Shown in pieces: positions 9,425 to 19,556 of a stretch of 64,000 bases of DNA. A model generated the notes under the pieces. The model worked only from the letters and a program-made list of their open reading frames with translations. It was not told the DNA's origin and made no database searches. The position numbers were made by a program, and so were the translations under genes. This DNA comes from an uncultured Candidatus Binatia bacterium (lineage in GTDB: Bacteria > Desulfobacterota > Binatia > Bin18). The stretch lies in contig OZ243961.1 of NCBI GenBank assembly GCA_965214605.1, positions 3,104,001 to 3,168,000 on the forward strand, given 5' to 3'. Each line of letters starts with the position of its first letter. Position 1 is the first letter of the stretch.

Positions 9425-10732
9425 TTAAGAGAGAGAGCCTATCCCGCTGGATTTATCATCATAACCGGCCTCTTGTGCATGAGTCTCGTCAGTCTCATGG
9501 TCGGTCTCGGAGGTTGCTCTGAGCCCGGTTTCTTTCAAGCCCAGAAACAGAATGCCCGACAGCGCATAGCAGCCGCCCCAAAAGACAAAGCCGGCCAGGG
9601 GGGTGCGCTCGACTAGGCTCATACCGATAATCGGTGAGAGCATTCCACCGAGATAGCCCGCGGTCAGCGCCACGCCAACCGCCGAGCCGGCTAAAATCGG
9701 ACCGACCCTCTCCATCTCTAGAGGAACGACAAAGGCAATCGGAGCCACCCCGCCAAGAAGTCCCCACATAATGGCCACAATCCACAGGGATACGCCGGTG
9801 GCATAGGCGGCCAGAACCATACAGATGCCAGTGAGGAGCATGCCGGGGATATAGAAGATTTTCCTGAGGCCAACGCGGTCGGACAGGGCGGGGAGGACAA
9901 GGCTGCCCACCACAAAGGCCCACATCAACAGGGACAGCACGAAACCCGAAGCGGTTGGGGTCATATCCTGCTCCTCAACAAAATAGGTCGGTGCATAGCC
10001 AATAATGCCAATATAGCCGCCCAGAAAAAACATATAGCAGATAGCGAGCAGCCATACGTCCCGGATCCGCAAAACCTGCTGGATTGCCGCAAGGGCTCCC
10101 GGCCCCGATTGCTCTGCGTCGGTCGTGTCTGGCCCGTCAGCCGGAGGCTCGTCCGGCGTGCGGTCTTTGACCGTCATGAACCACAGCACGCCTAGAGTAA
10201 TTGACACAAAGCCGAGCACATAGGTCAGGTTGCGCCAGCCGCCGAGCGCTCCGATCACCAGCGGAGTCAGAACGGTGGCGAGAGCTCCGCCCATGCCGTA
10301 GCCGGCCTGGGTCACTCCGTTGGCGAGACCGAGCTCTTGGGGTGGGAACCACATGCCGAGGGCTTTGGGGACGTTCGGGAAGGTCAGAGCCAGGGCAACC
10401 CCAAACAGAAACATCCAGACGTACATGGAGGGAAAACCGGACGCAGTGGCGCGCAAGAGCAGGGTGGTGCCCATCAGGACCACCCCCAATCCGACAGTGC
10501 GCTGAATGCCAAAGCGGTCGCCTAGGGCCCCACCCAAAATGGCTGCCAGGGTGGTGCCGAACGCAACCGCTGACCACAACGAACCCCAGTCTGCCAGGCT
10601 GATGTTAAGGTCGGCCCGAACCTGAGGGACAACCATGACGATGTAGGTCCAGCCCATGCCAAACGTAAAGGTGAAGACGAGAACGCTCGTGGCCAACACC
10701 CACCAGCGGTACACGGGCTTTTCCTCTACCAT
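9425..10732 (-). CDS. MFS transporter
   Basis: About 12 TM segments, GALGDRFG and LSDRVG motifs; ATG 10732 has AAGGAGG RBS. Confidence 0.9.
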   Translation of the reverse strand: MVEEKPVYRWWVLATSVLVFTFTFGMGWTYIVMVVPQVRADLNISLADWGSLWSAVAFGTTLAAILGGALGDRFGIQRTVGLGVVLMGTTLLLRATASGFPSMYVWMFLFGVALALTFPNVPKALGMWFPPQELGLANGVTQAGYGMGGALATVLTPLVIGALGGWRNLTYVLGFVSITLGVLWFMTVKDRTPDEPPADGPDTTDAEQSGPGALAAIQQVLRIRDVWLLAICYMFFLGGYIGIIGYAPTYFVEEQDMTPTASGFVLSLLMWAFVVGSLVLPALSDRVGLRKIFYIPGMLLTGICMVLAAYATGVSLWIVAIMWGLLGGVAPIAFVVPLEMERVGPILAGSAVGVALTAGYLGGMLSPIIGMSLVERTPLAGFVFWGGCYALSGILFLGLKETGLRATSETDHETDETHAQEAGYDDKSSGIGSLS

Positions 10733-10792
10733 ATGTCCTCCTTGATTTTGGTCTCCCCTCCTCCTATACTGCTCAGAGATTGGAAACAAGCG

Positions 10793-11488
10793 ATGACAGA
10801 CAACCATCAGCACCTCACCGTCTGGGGTGGAGGGACGACCCGCACGATGCGGGTCCATTGGGTTCTACACGAACTCGGCATCACAAACTATGAAAGACGT
10901 CTGATTGGCTCCCGCACGGGAGAAACGCAGACCCCAGAGTACCTAGCCCTAAACCCGCGGGGGAAAATTCCGGTCTTGTGTGATCGAGATCTGGTCCTGG
11001 CCGAGAGCGCGGCCATTATCAGTTACGTGGTTGATGCCTACGGTCGGGATACGGACTTGGTGCCAGCGCCACGTTCACGCCTGCGGGCGGTGTACGATCA
11101 GTGGTGTTTTTTTATGATGACCGAGCTTGATGCCCACACCCTGTACGTGATACGGCGCCACCGAGACCTTGCTAAAGTGTATGGCGACGCGCCAAATGCG
11201 GTCAAAGCGGCAGAAGAAGGTTTTGCCCGACAAGTGTCCGTGATTAGTCAGGAGTTGCGGACCGGTGGGCCGTATCTGTTGGGCAAGACGTTCAGCTGTG
11301 CCGACATTATTCTCACCTCCTGTTTGACCTGGGCGGATTTCTATAAACAGCCCTTGGATAAGACGCTCTTAGACTATACGGCACGGCAGACCGCACGTCT
11401 GGCCTATCAAAGCGCGGCCGCTCTCAACTACCCGGCCGCGATGCGGGGCACGCCGTTCTACCCGGCTCAGGACGGTGAAGAGCGATGA
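10793..11488 (+). CDS. Glutathione S-transferase family protein
   Basis: LNPRGKIPVL, LAESAAII, YLLGKTFSCADI; divergent from MFS across a 60-bp gap. Confidence 0.92.
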   Translation: MTDNHQHLTVWGGGTTRTMRVHWVLHELGITNYERRLIGSRTGETQTPEYLALNPRGKIPVLCDRDLVLAESAAIISYVVDAYGRDTDLVPAPRSRLRAVYDQWCFFMMTELDAHTLYVIRRHRDLAKVYGDAPNAVKAAEEGFARQVSVISQELRTGGPYLLGKTFSCADIILTSCLTWADFYKQPLDKTLLDYTARQTARLAYQSAAALNYPAAMRGTPFYPAQDGEER

Positions 11489-11564
11489 GGGAGGGGGTGG
11501 CTGAAGCGGGTGAGTGTGGTTATCCCTCCGAGGCCGACCGCGTCGAAGCCGGCCTCGGGTCGGA

Positions 11565-12677
11565 TTAGGCGTCTAGCCCATAGAGGTTGGCCGCGTTGCC
11601 GGCCACCATTTGATACACCTCGGCTTGCGGAACACCAAGAAAATCTTGTGCGACCTGCTCCTGGGAATACGGAAACGTCCCCTCGGTGTGGGGATAGTCC
11701 GAGCCCCACAGCAAGCGATCAACTCCAACAAGCTCGCGGGTCAGAATGCCGGCCCGGTCGTCTTCAAAAGTGGCCCAGAACTGGCGTTTGAAATAGGTGC
11801 TCGGGAGTTCGTCTGTCTGGGGCTCCATCCAATGCTGGTGATCTGACCAATAGTGATCCATGGTTCGCAGCACGGACGCCAGCCACCCAATACCACCTTC
11901 GGCCAAGACAAAACGGAGCGTGGGAAAACGCTTGGCCACCGCTCCCCAGATCAGGCCCGCCATAGCCCGTTCCATCGAACAGATCTTGCTATCAACAAAG
12001 GCAACGCCGAGCCCGAGGCGCTCAGCCTTGGTGTAGAAGGCTTCATCGGTGCCGACGTGCAGGGAAACGGGCAACCCCAGCTCTTGGAGGGCCGCCCACA
12101 GCGGATCGTAGCCTGAGTCGCGATACGATCCTCCCGCTATTTCGGACGGGATTGACACTGAGCGCAGTCCCTTTTTGGCGACCCGTTGAGCCTCGTCAAT
12201 CGCCCACGCAATCGGCCCCTTCATCGGCAGCAGGCCAACCCCTAAGAGACGGTCCGGGGCGGCTGTGCAGAACTCGCTGAGCCAGTCGTTATACACCCGG
12301 AAACATTCGCGCTGATAGTCAGGGTCGGGCGCCACGCTCAAAAACAGGCCTGCTCCGGGGTAAATGACCTCAGCCCGCACATGATCCCTATCCTGGTCCA
12401 CCAAACGCGCCTGGGGATCATTGGCCCCCGGGCGGGTCTCGGCGTGACGGCCGATGAACTTGGTGACCTTCCCTGCGAGCTTTTCTTCCATGGTCACCCC
12501 TTCGAGTCCGACCGGCAGCGGCTCTAGACCGTCAATGATATAATAATCGCCCTCTGGGCGGGATTCGACGTGCGGAGCCCGGTCGCGAAACCGCTTGTCC
12601 ATACGCGTGGTCCACAGATCGGCCGGTTCAACTACATGACCGTCAGCCGAGACATATCCGTCCGCGATAGTTGTCAT
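11565..12677 (-). CDS. Amidohydrolase_2 family protein (tandem paralogue 3)
   Basis: SADGHVVEP, YNDWLSEFC, EGGIGW, WGSDYPH; GAGGAG RBS. Confidence 0.92.
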   Translation of the reverse strand: MTTIADGYVSADGHVVEPADLWTTRMDKRFRDRAPHVESRPEGDYYIIDGLEPLPVGLEGVTMEEKLAGKVTKFIGRHAETRPGANDPQARLVDQDRDHVRAEVIYPGAGLFLSVAPDPDYQRECFRVYNDWLSEFCTAAPDRLLGVGLLPMKGPIAWAIDEAQRVAKKGLRSVSIPSEIAGGSYRDSGYDPLWAALQELGLPVSLHVGTDEAFYTKAERLGLGVAFVDSKICSMERAMAGLIWGAVAKRFPTLRFVLAEGGIGWLASVLRTMDHYWSDHQHWMEPQTDELPSTYFKRQFWATFEDDRAGILTRELVGVDRLLWGSDYPHTEGTFPYSQEQVAQDFLGVPQAEVYQMVAGNAANLYGLDA

Positions 12678-12690
12678 TTTTCTCTCCTCA

Positions 12691-13812
12691 CTACAGCTTA
12701 AGTCCGTACAGCCCGGCGGCATTGCCAACGACCATCCGGTAGACCTCGCCCTCAGGCACTCCGACAAAGTCCTGCATGATTTGCGCTTGAGAGTGGGGAA
12801 ACGTTCCCTCGGTGTGGGGATAGTCCGAGCCCCACATGAGGCGGTCCACGCCGAGCAACTCGCGGGTCAGAATACCGGCCCGGTCGTCTTCAAAAGTCGC
12901 CCAGAACTGGTGCCGAAAATAGTGGCTCGGCAGCTCCTCAAGTTTGGGTTCCATCCAGCGATAATGATCCTTCCACCAGTGGTCCATCAGGCCGAGCAAC
13001 GAGGCGATCCAGCCGATGCCGCCCTCAACGATGACAAATCTCAGCCGCGGATAGCGCTGCGGGACCGCTCCCCAGATCAGGCCGGCCAAGGCGTTCATGG
13101 GAAGGCTGATCTTGGTGTTGACAATTCCCATGCCCATCCCAATCCGCTCAAACTTGGTGGTAAACGGCTCGCCGGTTGTGGTGCCGGAGTGAATGGACAC
13201 GGGCAGGCCGAGGTCTTGCAGGGTCTCCCACAGTGGGGTGAACTGCGGATCGGCATAGGATTGATTGGCGACCTCGGCCGGGATGGAAAGCGAACACAGC
13301 CCCTTTTGTGCTGCCCGCCGCGCCTCCTCGCACGCCCACGCAATCGGTCCTCTGAGCGGCAACAGGCCCGCCCCCAACAAGCGCTCCGGGGCCGCGGCGC
13401 AGAACTCGCTCAGCCAGTCGTTATAGACCCGAAAGCATTCGCGCTGGTAGGCGGCATCGGTAATTGTCCAAAACTGGAGGCCAAACGCGCCGGGATACAA
13501 GACCTCGGCCCGAAGGTGGTCGAGCTGTTGGTCGGCGAGGCGCGCCTGCGGGTCCCAGGCGCCGGGGCGGGTCTCACTGTGACGATGGCCGATAACCGTC
13601 GTGATCTCCCCGGCAATCTTATCTTCCATGGTCACCCCTTCGAGCCCAACAGCAAAGGGGGCTAAGCCGTCGATTACATAGTAGTCCGCCTCCGGGCGTG
13701 ACTCAATGCGCGGAGCGCGATCACGGAAGCGGGTATCCATGCGGGTGGTCCACAGATTGGCCGGTTCGACCACATGCCCATCGGCAGACACATATCCATC
13801 GGTAACTAGCAT
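12691..13812 (-). CDS. Amidohydrolase_2 family protein (tandem paralogue 2)
   Basis: Same motifs as neighbours; AAAGGA RBS before ATG 13812. Confidence 0.92.
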   Translation of the reverse strand: MLVTDGYVSADGHVVEPANLWTTRMDTRFRDRAPRIESRPEADYYVIDGLAPFAVGLEGVTMEDKIAGEITTVIGHRHSETRPGAWDPQARLADQQLDHLRAEVLYPGAFGLQFWTITDAAYQRECFRVYNDWLSEFCAAAPERLLGAGLLPLRGPIAWACEEARRAAQKGLCSLSIPAEVANQSYADPQFTPLWETLQDLGLPVSIHSGTTTGEPFTTKFERIGMGMGIVNTKISLPMNALAGLIWGAVPQRYPRLRFVIVEGGIGWIASLLGLMDHWWKDHYRWMEPKLEELPSHYFRHQFWATFEDDRAGILTRELLGVDRLMWGSDYPHTEGTFPHSQAQIMQDFVGVPEGEVYRMVVGNAAGLYGLKL

Positions 13813-13838
13813 AGGGTTCCTTTCTTGGTGTGCCATGA

Positions 13839-13868
13839 GTCATAACCAACTTCATCGGGAGGTGTCAA
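13839..13868 (-). promoter_or_regulatory. Putative sigma70 promoter
   Basis: TTGACA-18 nt-TATGAC on the minus strand just upstream of the amidohydrolase start. Confidence 0.5.
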
Positions 13869-13926
13869 ACTCCTGCCCACAATCTTGGGCCGGATCTCAG
13901 CGGGGCCACGAGATTTGTATGCGCGC

Positions 13927-14360
13927 GGACAACACGCTGAAAAGCCGGACCGGACGGGAGTGGAGAGAGCAGGGGGCCCGTCGGAGGGAAGGGGGAAACA
14001 GACCTGCTCTAGGCGTCACGGCCCTGAGATTTGAATCTCCGGCGCCCGACTCTTGGCTGGGCCGACGGCGCCCCGCATATGGCTATCGTCTGCTTCCAAG
14101 GCCCGAGGCCTCCCCGTACGACTCCGCACCCATAATATCGGCAAGGGAGAACGTTTTTTGCGTTGCCGGACCCGTGAGCGGGATTAAAGAGAACCGACAA
14201 GGCGAAGAAGGCCGTGAGGGCGTTTTTCAGGAGCCGTACCTAGAGGGGCTCAGGCTCCCTGAGGGACCAAGGTCCTGGCCCAAAGAAACCGCCGGTCTCC
14301 AACAGGTGCACCAACGTTTTAGGCTCTGGCAGAGGGACAACGGCTGATCAGGTGTTGTCC
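13927..14360. repeat. 434-bp segment bounded by imperfect inverted repeats (MITE-like or structured element)
   Basis: GGACAACACGCTGAAAAGCCG (13927-13947) versus reverse complement of 14341-14360 GGACAACAC-CTGATCAGCCG, 18/21 match. Confidence 0.45.
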
Positions 14361-14414
14361 CCCGGCTTCATTATGTCCCCTGGCGCTGTTGCCTGATGGG
14401 AGGTTGCATCGGCT

Positions 14415-14435
14415 CCCTCTCCCTGGGGGAGAGGG
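14415..14435. repeat. REP-like palindrome
   Basis: CCCTCTCCC-TGG-GGGAGAGGG perfect 9-bp stem downstream of amidohydrolase; related motifs near 8650 and 45928. Confidence 0.55.
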
Positions 14436-14454
14436 CAGAGACAAAGGGCGTGTT

Positions 14455-15582
14455 TTAGTTGTCAAGGCCGTACAGTTTGGCGGCGTTGCCACGGACCATG
14501 AGATCAACTTCCGCCTCTGGTACGCCCATGAAGTCACGCATGATCTGCTCCTGCGAGTAGGGAAAGGTGCCCTCGGTATGGGGATAGTCCGAACCCCACA
14601 TGAGCCGATCAACCCCAACAAGTTCACGGGTCAAGATACCGGCCCGATCATCCTCAAAGGTGGCCCAGAACTGGCGTTTGAAATAGGTGCTGGGCGCTTC
14701 GTCAAGTTTGGGCTGCATCCACCGATGATGGTCGTTCCACCAGTGATCCATGAAGCCAAGTAGTGAGGCGACCCAACCGATGCCGCCTTCGACAATCACA
14801 AAGCGGAGTTTGGGGTAGCGTTGCGGAACCGCGCCCCAGATAAGATCGGCCATTGCCCGCATGGGTTGAAAGATCTTGTTGTCGGTCACCCCCATGCCCA
14901 TGCCAATGCGGTCAATCTTGGCAAAAATCGACTCTTCCGTGCCGGTTCCGGAGTGGGTTGCCACTGGGAAGCCGATATCCTGGAGGGTTTCCCACATGCG
15001 GTTGTATTCGGGCCGGGCGTAGGATTGCTCGACCTCGGCCGGAATGAGCACTGAGCTGATGCCTGTGAGTTTGGCCACCCGCTCGGCTTCTTCGACGGCC
15101 CAGTCAATCGGCCCCCGCATTGGGAGGAGGGCCGAGCCCAAGAGCCGATCGGGGGCGGCTGCGCAGAACTCGCTGATCCAGTCGTTATAGACTTTGATGG
15201 CGGCACGCTGGTAGTCGGCGTCGTGAATATGGAAAAACTGAAGGCCAAACCCACCCGGATAAATAACTTCCGCGCGCAGATGGTCACGTTCTTGATCGAC
15301 CAAGCGGGGCTGTGGGTCCCAGGCGCCGGGCCGCGTTTCGGCGTGCCGGCGGCCCTTTGGGGTCGTGACCTGGCCCTGAATTTTTTCCTCGATTGTCACC
15401 CCTTCGAGTCCGACCGGAAACTCGCTCACTCCCTCAATAACGTAGTAATCGGCGTCTTCGCGCGACTCCACTCGTGGGGCCCGGTCACGGAACTTGTGGT
15501 CCATGCGGGTGGTCCACAGGTCTGCCGGTTCGACCACATGGCCGTCGGCGGACACATAGCCGTTTGTGAGATTGTCTTGCAT
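14455..15582 (-). CDS. Amidohydrolase_2 family protein (tandem paralogue 1)
   Basis: SADGHVVEP...WGSDYPH; AAAGGAG RBS. Confidence 0.92.
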   Translation of the reverse strand: MQDNLTNGYVSADGHVVEPADLWTTRMDHKFRDRAPRVESREDADYYVIEGVSEFPVGLEGVTIEEKIQGQVTTPKGRRHAETRPGAWDPQPRLVDQERDHLRAEVIYPGGFGLQFFHIHDADYQRAAIKVYNDWISEFCAAAPDRLLGSALLPMRGPIDWAVEEAERVAKLTGISSVLIPAEVEQSYARPEYNRMWETLQDIGFPVATHSGTGTEESIFAKIDRIGMGMGVTDNKIFQPMRAMADLIWGAVPQRYPKLRFVIVEGGIGWVASLLGFMDHWWNDHHRWMQPKLDEAPSTYFKRQFWATFEDDRAGILTRELVGVDRLMWGSDYPHTEGTFPYSQEQIMRDFMGVPEAEVDLMVRGNAAKLYGLDN

Positions 15583-15636
15583 TGCTTCTCCTTTCTCTGA
15601 CATGAGTGCTCCCACCATCTCGCCTGCGACGTGTCT

Positions 15637-15679
15637 AAAAAAACGGGGAATCGGAAAGGAAGTCTCCGATGCCCCGTTT
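15637..15679 (-). terminator. Rho-independent terminator
   Basis: AAACGGGG.ATCGGA / TCCGAT.CCCCGTTT stem with T-run on the minus strand after the 15719 gene. Confidence 0.7.
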
Positions 15680-15718
15680 GCTTAGGATAGATAGGAGGAA
15701 TGCGTAGCAGAAGCGAGC

Positions 15719-17461
15719 CTAGCGGGCCGCACCGTTACGGAGCAGCGTACCCGGGGTGGCTCCCGTACACTGGCCGTCGTTGAAGGTCAGTTCGCCGTTG
15801 ACCATGATGTGCTTGTACCCCTCAGCCCGTTGCACGCGCCGCCACTCGTTGGCCGGCAGGTCATGTACAATCTCACTTGGCAGCGATTTGACGCTATTGG
15901 GGTCATAGACCACGATGTCGGCTGCCAAGCCTTCCCGCAAGGTCCCCCGATCCTTGAAGCCCGCCGCCCATGAGGTCAGACCGCTCAGTCGGAAGTGTGC
16001 CTCTTCCAAACTCATGATGCCTTGTTCACGCACCAGCCACGACAGCACTTCAGTCGGAAAGATACCGGGGGTGGCGAACTTCACGTGGGCACCACCGTCG
16101 GACACGCCCGGCAGGGTGTACTGCGAGTTCATCAGCTCTTTGTAGCCCTCAATATTACCGTTGGCGATCGGGCCGGCCCACTCGGTCCGCAGGTCGTCGG
16201 CCACCGACAGATCCAGCATCGCGTCAATGACGTGCTTGCCTTCCTTCTCGGCGATCTGCTCGACCGACAGTCCCTCGTACTGCAGCTTGAGGTCAGGGTT
16301 GTGGATTTTACGGGCAATGTACTTGGGGAACTCGCCCAGGACAACATTCAGAGTATCCATGCCGCCGTTGTCGTAGTCCTCGCGCATCTCTTTGCGCAGT
16401 TCAGGCCTGGACAACTTGGCTTTCCGCTCTTCGGTGGTCCCCAGCGTGGCTTCCTTCCAGGCTGGCACGCTGTCAAACAGGTTCCAGTCTTCCAGCGTCA
16501 TCCGAATCGGAGCCCGCACCGTCGCCGCCTGACCGAAGATCCGCACGCCACGCTCGTTGGCCGCCCGGACCCAGTCAAGCTGGGCCTTGTGCGACTCGGG
16601 ATGTTTGTCGCTGATCAGAATCGCGTTGTACAGCAAGGGACGGCCGGCGAGCGAGGTCATCTTTTCCAAGAACCGGAAGTCGGCCTGAATGCCGAAGGTA
16701 TGTTCGGTCGCCCCGGACTGCGTGAACTGAATGCAGCCTTCCCCAACCTCACCCATTGCCTTGGCCATGGAGTGATAGAACTCGTCGGGCAGAATATCGG
16801 TAATCATCGGGGTGCCGTCGTAGTCCCGTTGCACCGACGCCCGGCTCTCGGGGACCAAGCGCTGAGCCGACCACCCGGCCGCTCCGGCTCGCACCGCCTC
16901 TTTATAGTGACCGATGATGGTGTCCATCTCCTCCCTGTTGGGGAAGCGTTTCTTGGCGTCGTCAAAACCGCCCATCACATACGCCACTGCCGGTGAAATC
17001 GGGAACAGATGCGAGACATTGACCCCGAGTGGCATCCGCGAAACCCGGTCCATATATTGCGGGAAGGTTTCCCAGTCGACCTTCATGGAGACCCGCATGG
17101 GTTCCAAAGGGATAGCTTCCGTGCGGGACAGGGCAAGCATCGCCCGGTCGGCATCCTGTTGGTGCAGCGGTGCAAAGCCAAACCCGCAGTTGCCGATGGT
17201 CAGAGAGGTCACTCCGTGCCAGCTAGAGATGCTCAGATACGGATCCCAGTGCAGTTGGGCATCGTAATGGGTGTGGAGGTCAATGAAGCCCGGAGCCACG
17301 ACTAGGTCAGTGGCGTCGAGCACCTTGGTCGCATCGCTGCTGTTGAGCTTGCCGATTTCGGCAATTTTGCCGCTCTTGATCCCAATATCGGCCTGATAAC
17401 GCGGGACCCGTGTTCCGTCAACAACGGTTCCACCTCTCACAATAGTATCGAACTGTGGCAT
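15719..17461 (-). CDS. N-acyl-D-amino-acid deacylase family amidohydrolase (paralogue B)
   Basis: APGFIDLHTHYD, GNCGFG, SDGGAH, ADIVVYD; 580 aa. Confidence 0.92.
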   Translation of the reverse strand: MPQFDTIVRGGTVVDGTRVPRYQADIGIKSGKIAEIGKLNSSDATKVLDATDLVVAPGFIDLHTHYDAQLHWDPYLSISSWHGVTSLTIGNCGFGFAPLHQQDADRAMLALSRTEAIPLEPMRVSMKVDWETFPQYMDRVSRMPLGVNVSHLFPISPAVAYVMGGFDDAKKRFPNREEMDTIIGHYKEAVRAGAAGWSAQRLVPESRASVQRDYDGTPMITDILPDEFYHSMAKAMGEVGEGCIQFTQSGATEHTFGIQADFRFLEKMTSLAGRPLLYNAILISDKHPESHKAQLDWVRAANERGVRIFGQAATVRAPIRMTLEDWNLFDSVPAWKEATLGTTEERKAKLSRPELRKEMREDYDNGGMDTLNVVLGEFPKYIARKIHNPDLKLQYEGLSVEQIAEKEGKHVIDAMLDLSVADDLRTEWAGPIANGNIEGYKELMNSQYTLPGVSDGGAHVKFATPGIFPTEVLSWLVREQGIMSLEEAHFRLSGLTSWAAGFKDRGTLREGLAADIVVYDPNSVKSLPSEIVHDLPANEWRRVQRAEGYKHIMVNGELTFNDGQCTGATPGTLLRNGAAR

Positions 17462-17506
17462 AACTACCCCCCTTCTTTCGGTGTTTGTGACATGCCTCAG
17501 TTCTGA

Positions 17507-17535
17507 GGCTTACTCGCCTGAGGGCTGAATGTCAA
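17507..17535 (-). promoter_or_regulatory. Putative sigma70 promoter
   Basis: TTGACA-17 nt-TAAGCC upstream of ATG 17461. Confidence 0.55.
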
Positions 17536-17549
17536 GCTTTGCAGTCCAC

Positions 17550-17588
17550 AAAAAAAGGGCGGTAGAACATATGTTCCGCCGCCCTTTT
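17550..17588 (-). terminator. Rho-independent terminator (possibly bidirectional)
   Basis: AAAAGGGCGG..GAACAT/ATGTTC..CCGCCCTTTT hairpin flanked by A and T runs between the two deacylases. Confidence 0.75.
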
Positions 17589-17628
17589 GGAGAGTGCACG
17601 CTCAGGACTGAGGGTTGAGCGTTGTAGC

Positions 17629-19371
17629 TTAGCGAGCCGAACCGTTGTACAACAGCGCGCCCGAAGTGTTTCCTGTGCACTCGCCATTATGGAATGTCTC
17701 TTGGCCGTTCACGAGGATATGGTGATAGCCATCGGCCCTTTGGACACGCCGCCATTCGTTGGCCGGCAAGTCGTGGACGATCTCACCGTCAAGAGCGTTG
17801 ACCCTATTGATGTCATAGACCACGATATCGGCCGCCATGCCCGGACGCAGCGTACCACGGTCCGCGATGCCAGCCGCCCAGGCCATCATCCCGCTCAGGC
17901 GGAAGTGGGCTTCTTCCAGAGACAGGGTGCCGGTCTCACGAACGAGCCAGGACAGGACTTCGGTCGGGTAGATCGCCGGGGTGATGAACTTCACATGCGC
18001 GCCACCGTCCGACACACCTGGCATGGTGTAGGGCGAGCTCATCAGTTCTTTGTAACCCTCAATGTTCGAGTTGGCGACTGGGCCAGCCCACTCGGTCCGC
18101 AGGTCGTCGGCCACAGAGAGGTCAAGCATGGCGTCGATGACGTGTTTGCCTTCGGCCTCAGCAATCTGCTGCACCGACATGCCTTCGTATTTCAGCTTAA
18201 GGTCGGTGTTCCTGACTTTCCGAGCGATAAACTTGTCGAATTCACCAAAGACCACATTTAAGGTCTCCATGCCGCCATTGTCATAGTCTTGGCGCATTTC
18301 AGCCCGCAGTTCAGGCTTCGACAGTTTGGCTTTCCGCTCTTCAACCGTTCCGATCGTGGCCTCTTTCCAGGCTGGCACGCTGTCAAACAGGTTCCAGTCT
18401 TCGAGCGTCATGCGGACCGGGGCACGGGCGGTAACGCCCTGACCGAACACACGGGCGCCACGTTCGTTGGCGGCGTTGACCCAGTTGAGCTGGGCTTTGT
18501 GCGATTCGGGATGCTTGTCACTGATGAGGATGGCGTTGTAGAGCAGCGGTCGGCCGGCTGCCTTGGTCATTTTTTCGAGGAATTTGAAGTCGTCATCAAC
18601 GCCAAAGGAACTATCGGCAGCCCCGGACTGGGTGAACTGGATGCAGCCCTGACCAACCTCGGCCATCGCTTTGGCCATGTCGAGATAAAACTCGTCGGGC
18701 AAGATGTCGGTAATCATCGGGGTGCCGTCATAGTCGCGCTGCACCGACGCCCGGCCCTCGGGCACTAGGCGCTGGGCCGACCAACCCGCCGCGCCAGCCC
18801 TCACGGCTTCTTTGTAATGGCCGATGATGGTGTCCATTTCTTGTTTGTTGGGGAAGCGCTTCTTGGCGTCGTCAAAACCGCCCATCACATACGCCACGGC
18901 CGGCGCAATCGGAAAGAGGTGGGAGACGTTCACGCCCAGCGGCATGCGGGAGAGACGGTCCATGTATTGCGGGAAGGTTTCCCAGTCGACCTTCATGGAG
19001 ACCCGCATGGGTTCCAGAGGGATAGCTTCCGTGCGGGACAGGGCCAGCATCGCCCGGTCGGCATCTTGCGGACGGAGCGGAGCGAACCCAAAACCGCAGT
19101 TCCCAATAGTGACGGTGGTCACTCCGTGCCAGCTCCCGATCGTGCAGTACGGATCCCAGTGCAGCTGGGCATCGTAGTGGGTGTGAAGATCAATGAAGCC
19201 GGGAGCAACGATCAGCTCATAGGCATCAATGACCTTGGTAGCATCGCTTTCATTGAGTTTGCCAATTTCGGCAATCTTTCCATCTTTGATACCGATATCA
19301 GCCTGATACCGTGGAACTTTTGTCCCATCGACAATTGTTCCGCCCTTTAGAATCGTGTCGAACTGCGGCAT
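17629..19371 (-). CDS. N-acyl-D-amino-acid deacylase family amidohydrolase (paralogue A)
   Basis: Same motifs and same length (580 aa) as 15719-17461. Confidence 0.92.
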   Translation of the reverse strand: MPQFDTILKGGTIVDGTKVPRYQADIGIKDGKIAEIGKLNESDATKVIDAYELIVAPGFIDLHTHYDAQLHWDPYCTIGSWHGVTTVTIGNCGFGFAPLRPQDADRAMLALSRTEAIPLEPMRVSMKVDWETFPQYMDRLSRMPLGVNVSHLFPIAPAVAYVMGGFDDAKKRFPNKQEMDTIIGHYKEAVRAGAAGWSAQRLVPEGRASVQRDYDGTPMITDILPDEFYLDMAKAMAEVGQGCIQFTQSGAADSSFGVDDDFKFLEKMTKAAGRPLLYNAILISDKHPESHKAQLNWVNAANERGARVFGQGVTARAPVRMTLEDWNLFDSVPAWKEATIGTVEERKAKLSKPELRAEMRQDYDNGGMETLNVVFGEFDKFIARKVRNTDLKLKYEGMSVQQIAEAEGKHVIDAMLDLSVADDLRTEWAGPVANSNIEGYKELMSSPYTMPGVSDGGAHVKFITPAIYPTEVLSWLVRETGTLSLEEAHFRLSGMMAWAAGIADRGTLRPGMAADIVVYDINRVNALDGEIVHDLPANEWRRVQRADGYHHILVNGQETFHNGECTGNTSGALLYNGSAR

Positions 19372-19418
19372 AGCTACCCTCCTTGCGCTAAAGATTGTTT
19401 TAAGAGTGTCTTACTTCC

Positions 19419-19447
19419 GGCATACGCACAGTTGTCTCAGATGTCAA
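19419..19447 (-). promoter_or_regulatory. Putative sigma70 promoter
   Basis: TTGACA-17 nt-TATGCC upstream of ATG 19371, same layout as the paralogue's promoter. Confidence 0.55.
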
Positions 19448-19556
19448 GCCGTTTCACTAAAAAATTTTTCCATAAAAACGTTTAGCTGTCTCCGGCATCT
19501 TCTCCCCGTAGCAAGAGTGCTGTAAGGAAATAGACTGAATGAGTGTTCACTTTATC

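Noticed and set aside
13706-14347. 213-aa ORF across the intergenic element
   Set aside because: Overlaps the amidohydrolase antisense, no RBS or recognisable domain
13927-14360. RNase P RNA, tmRNA or 6S RNA
   Set aside because: Lacks the GAGGAAAGUCC RNase P core and tRNA-like ends; no other consensus recognised
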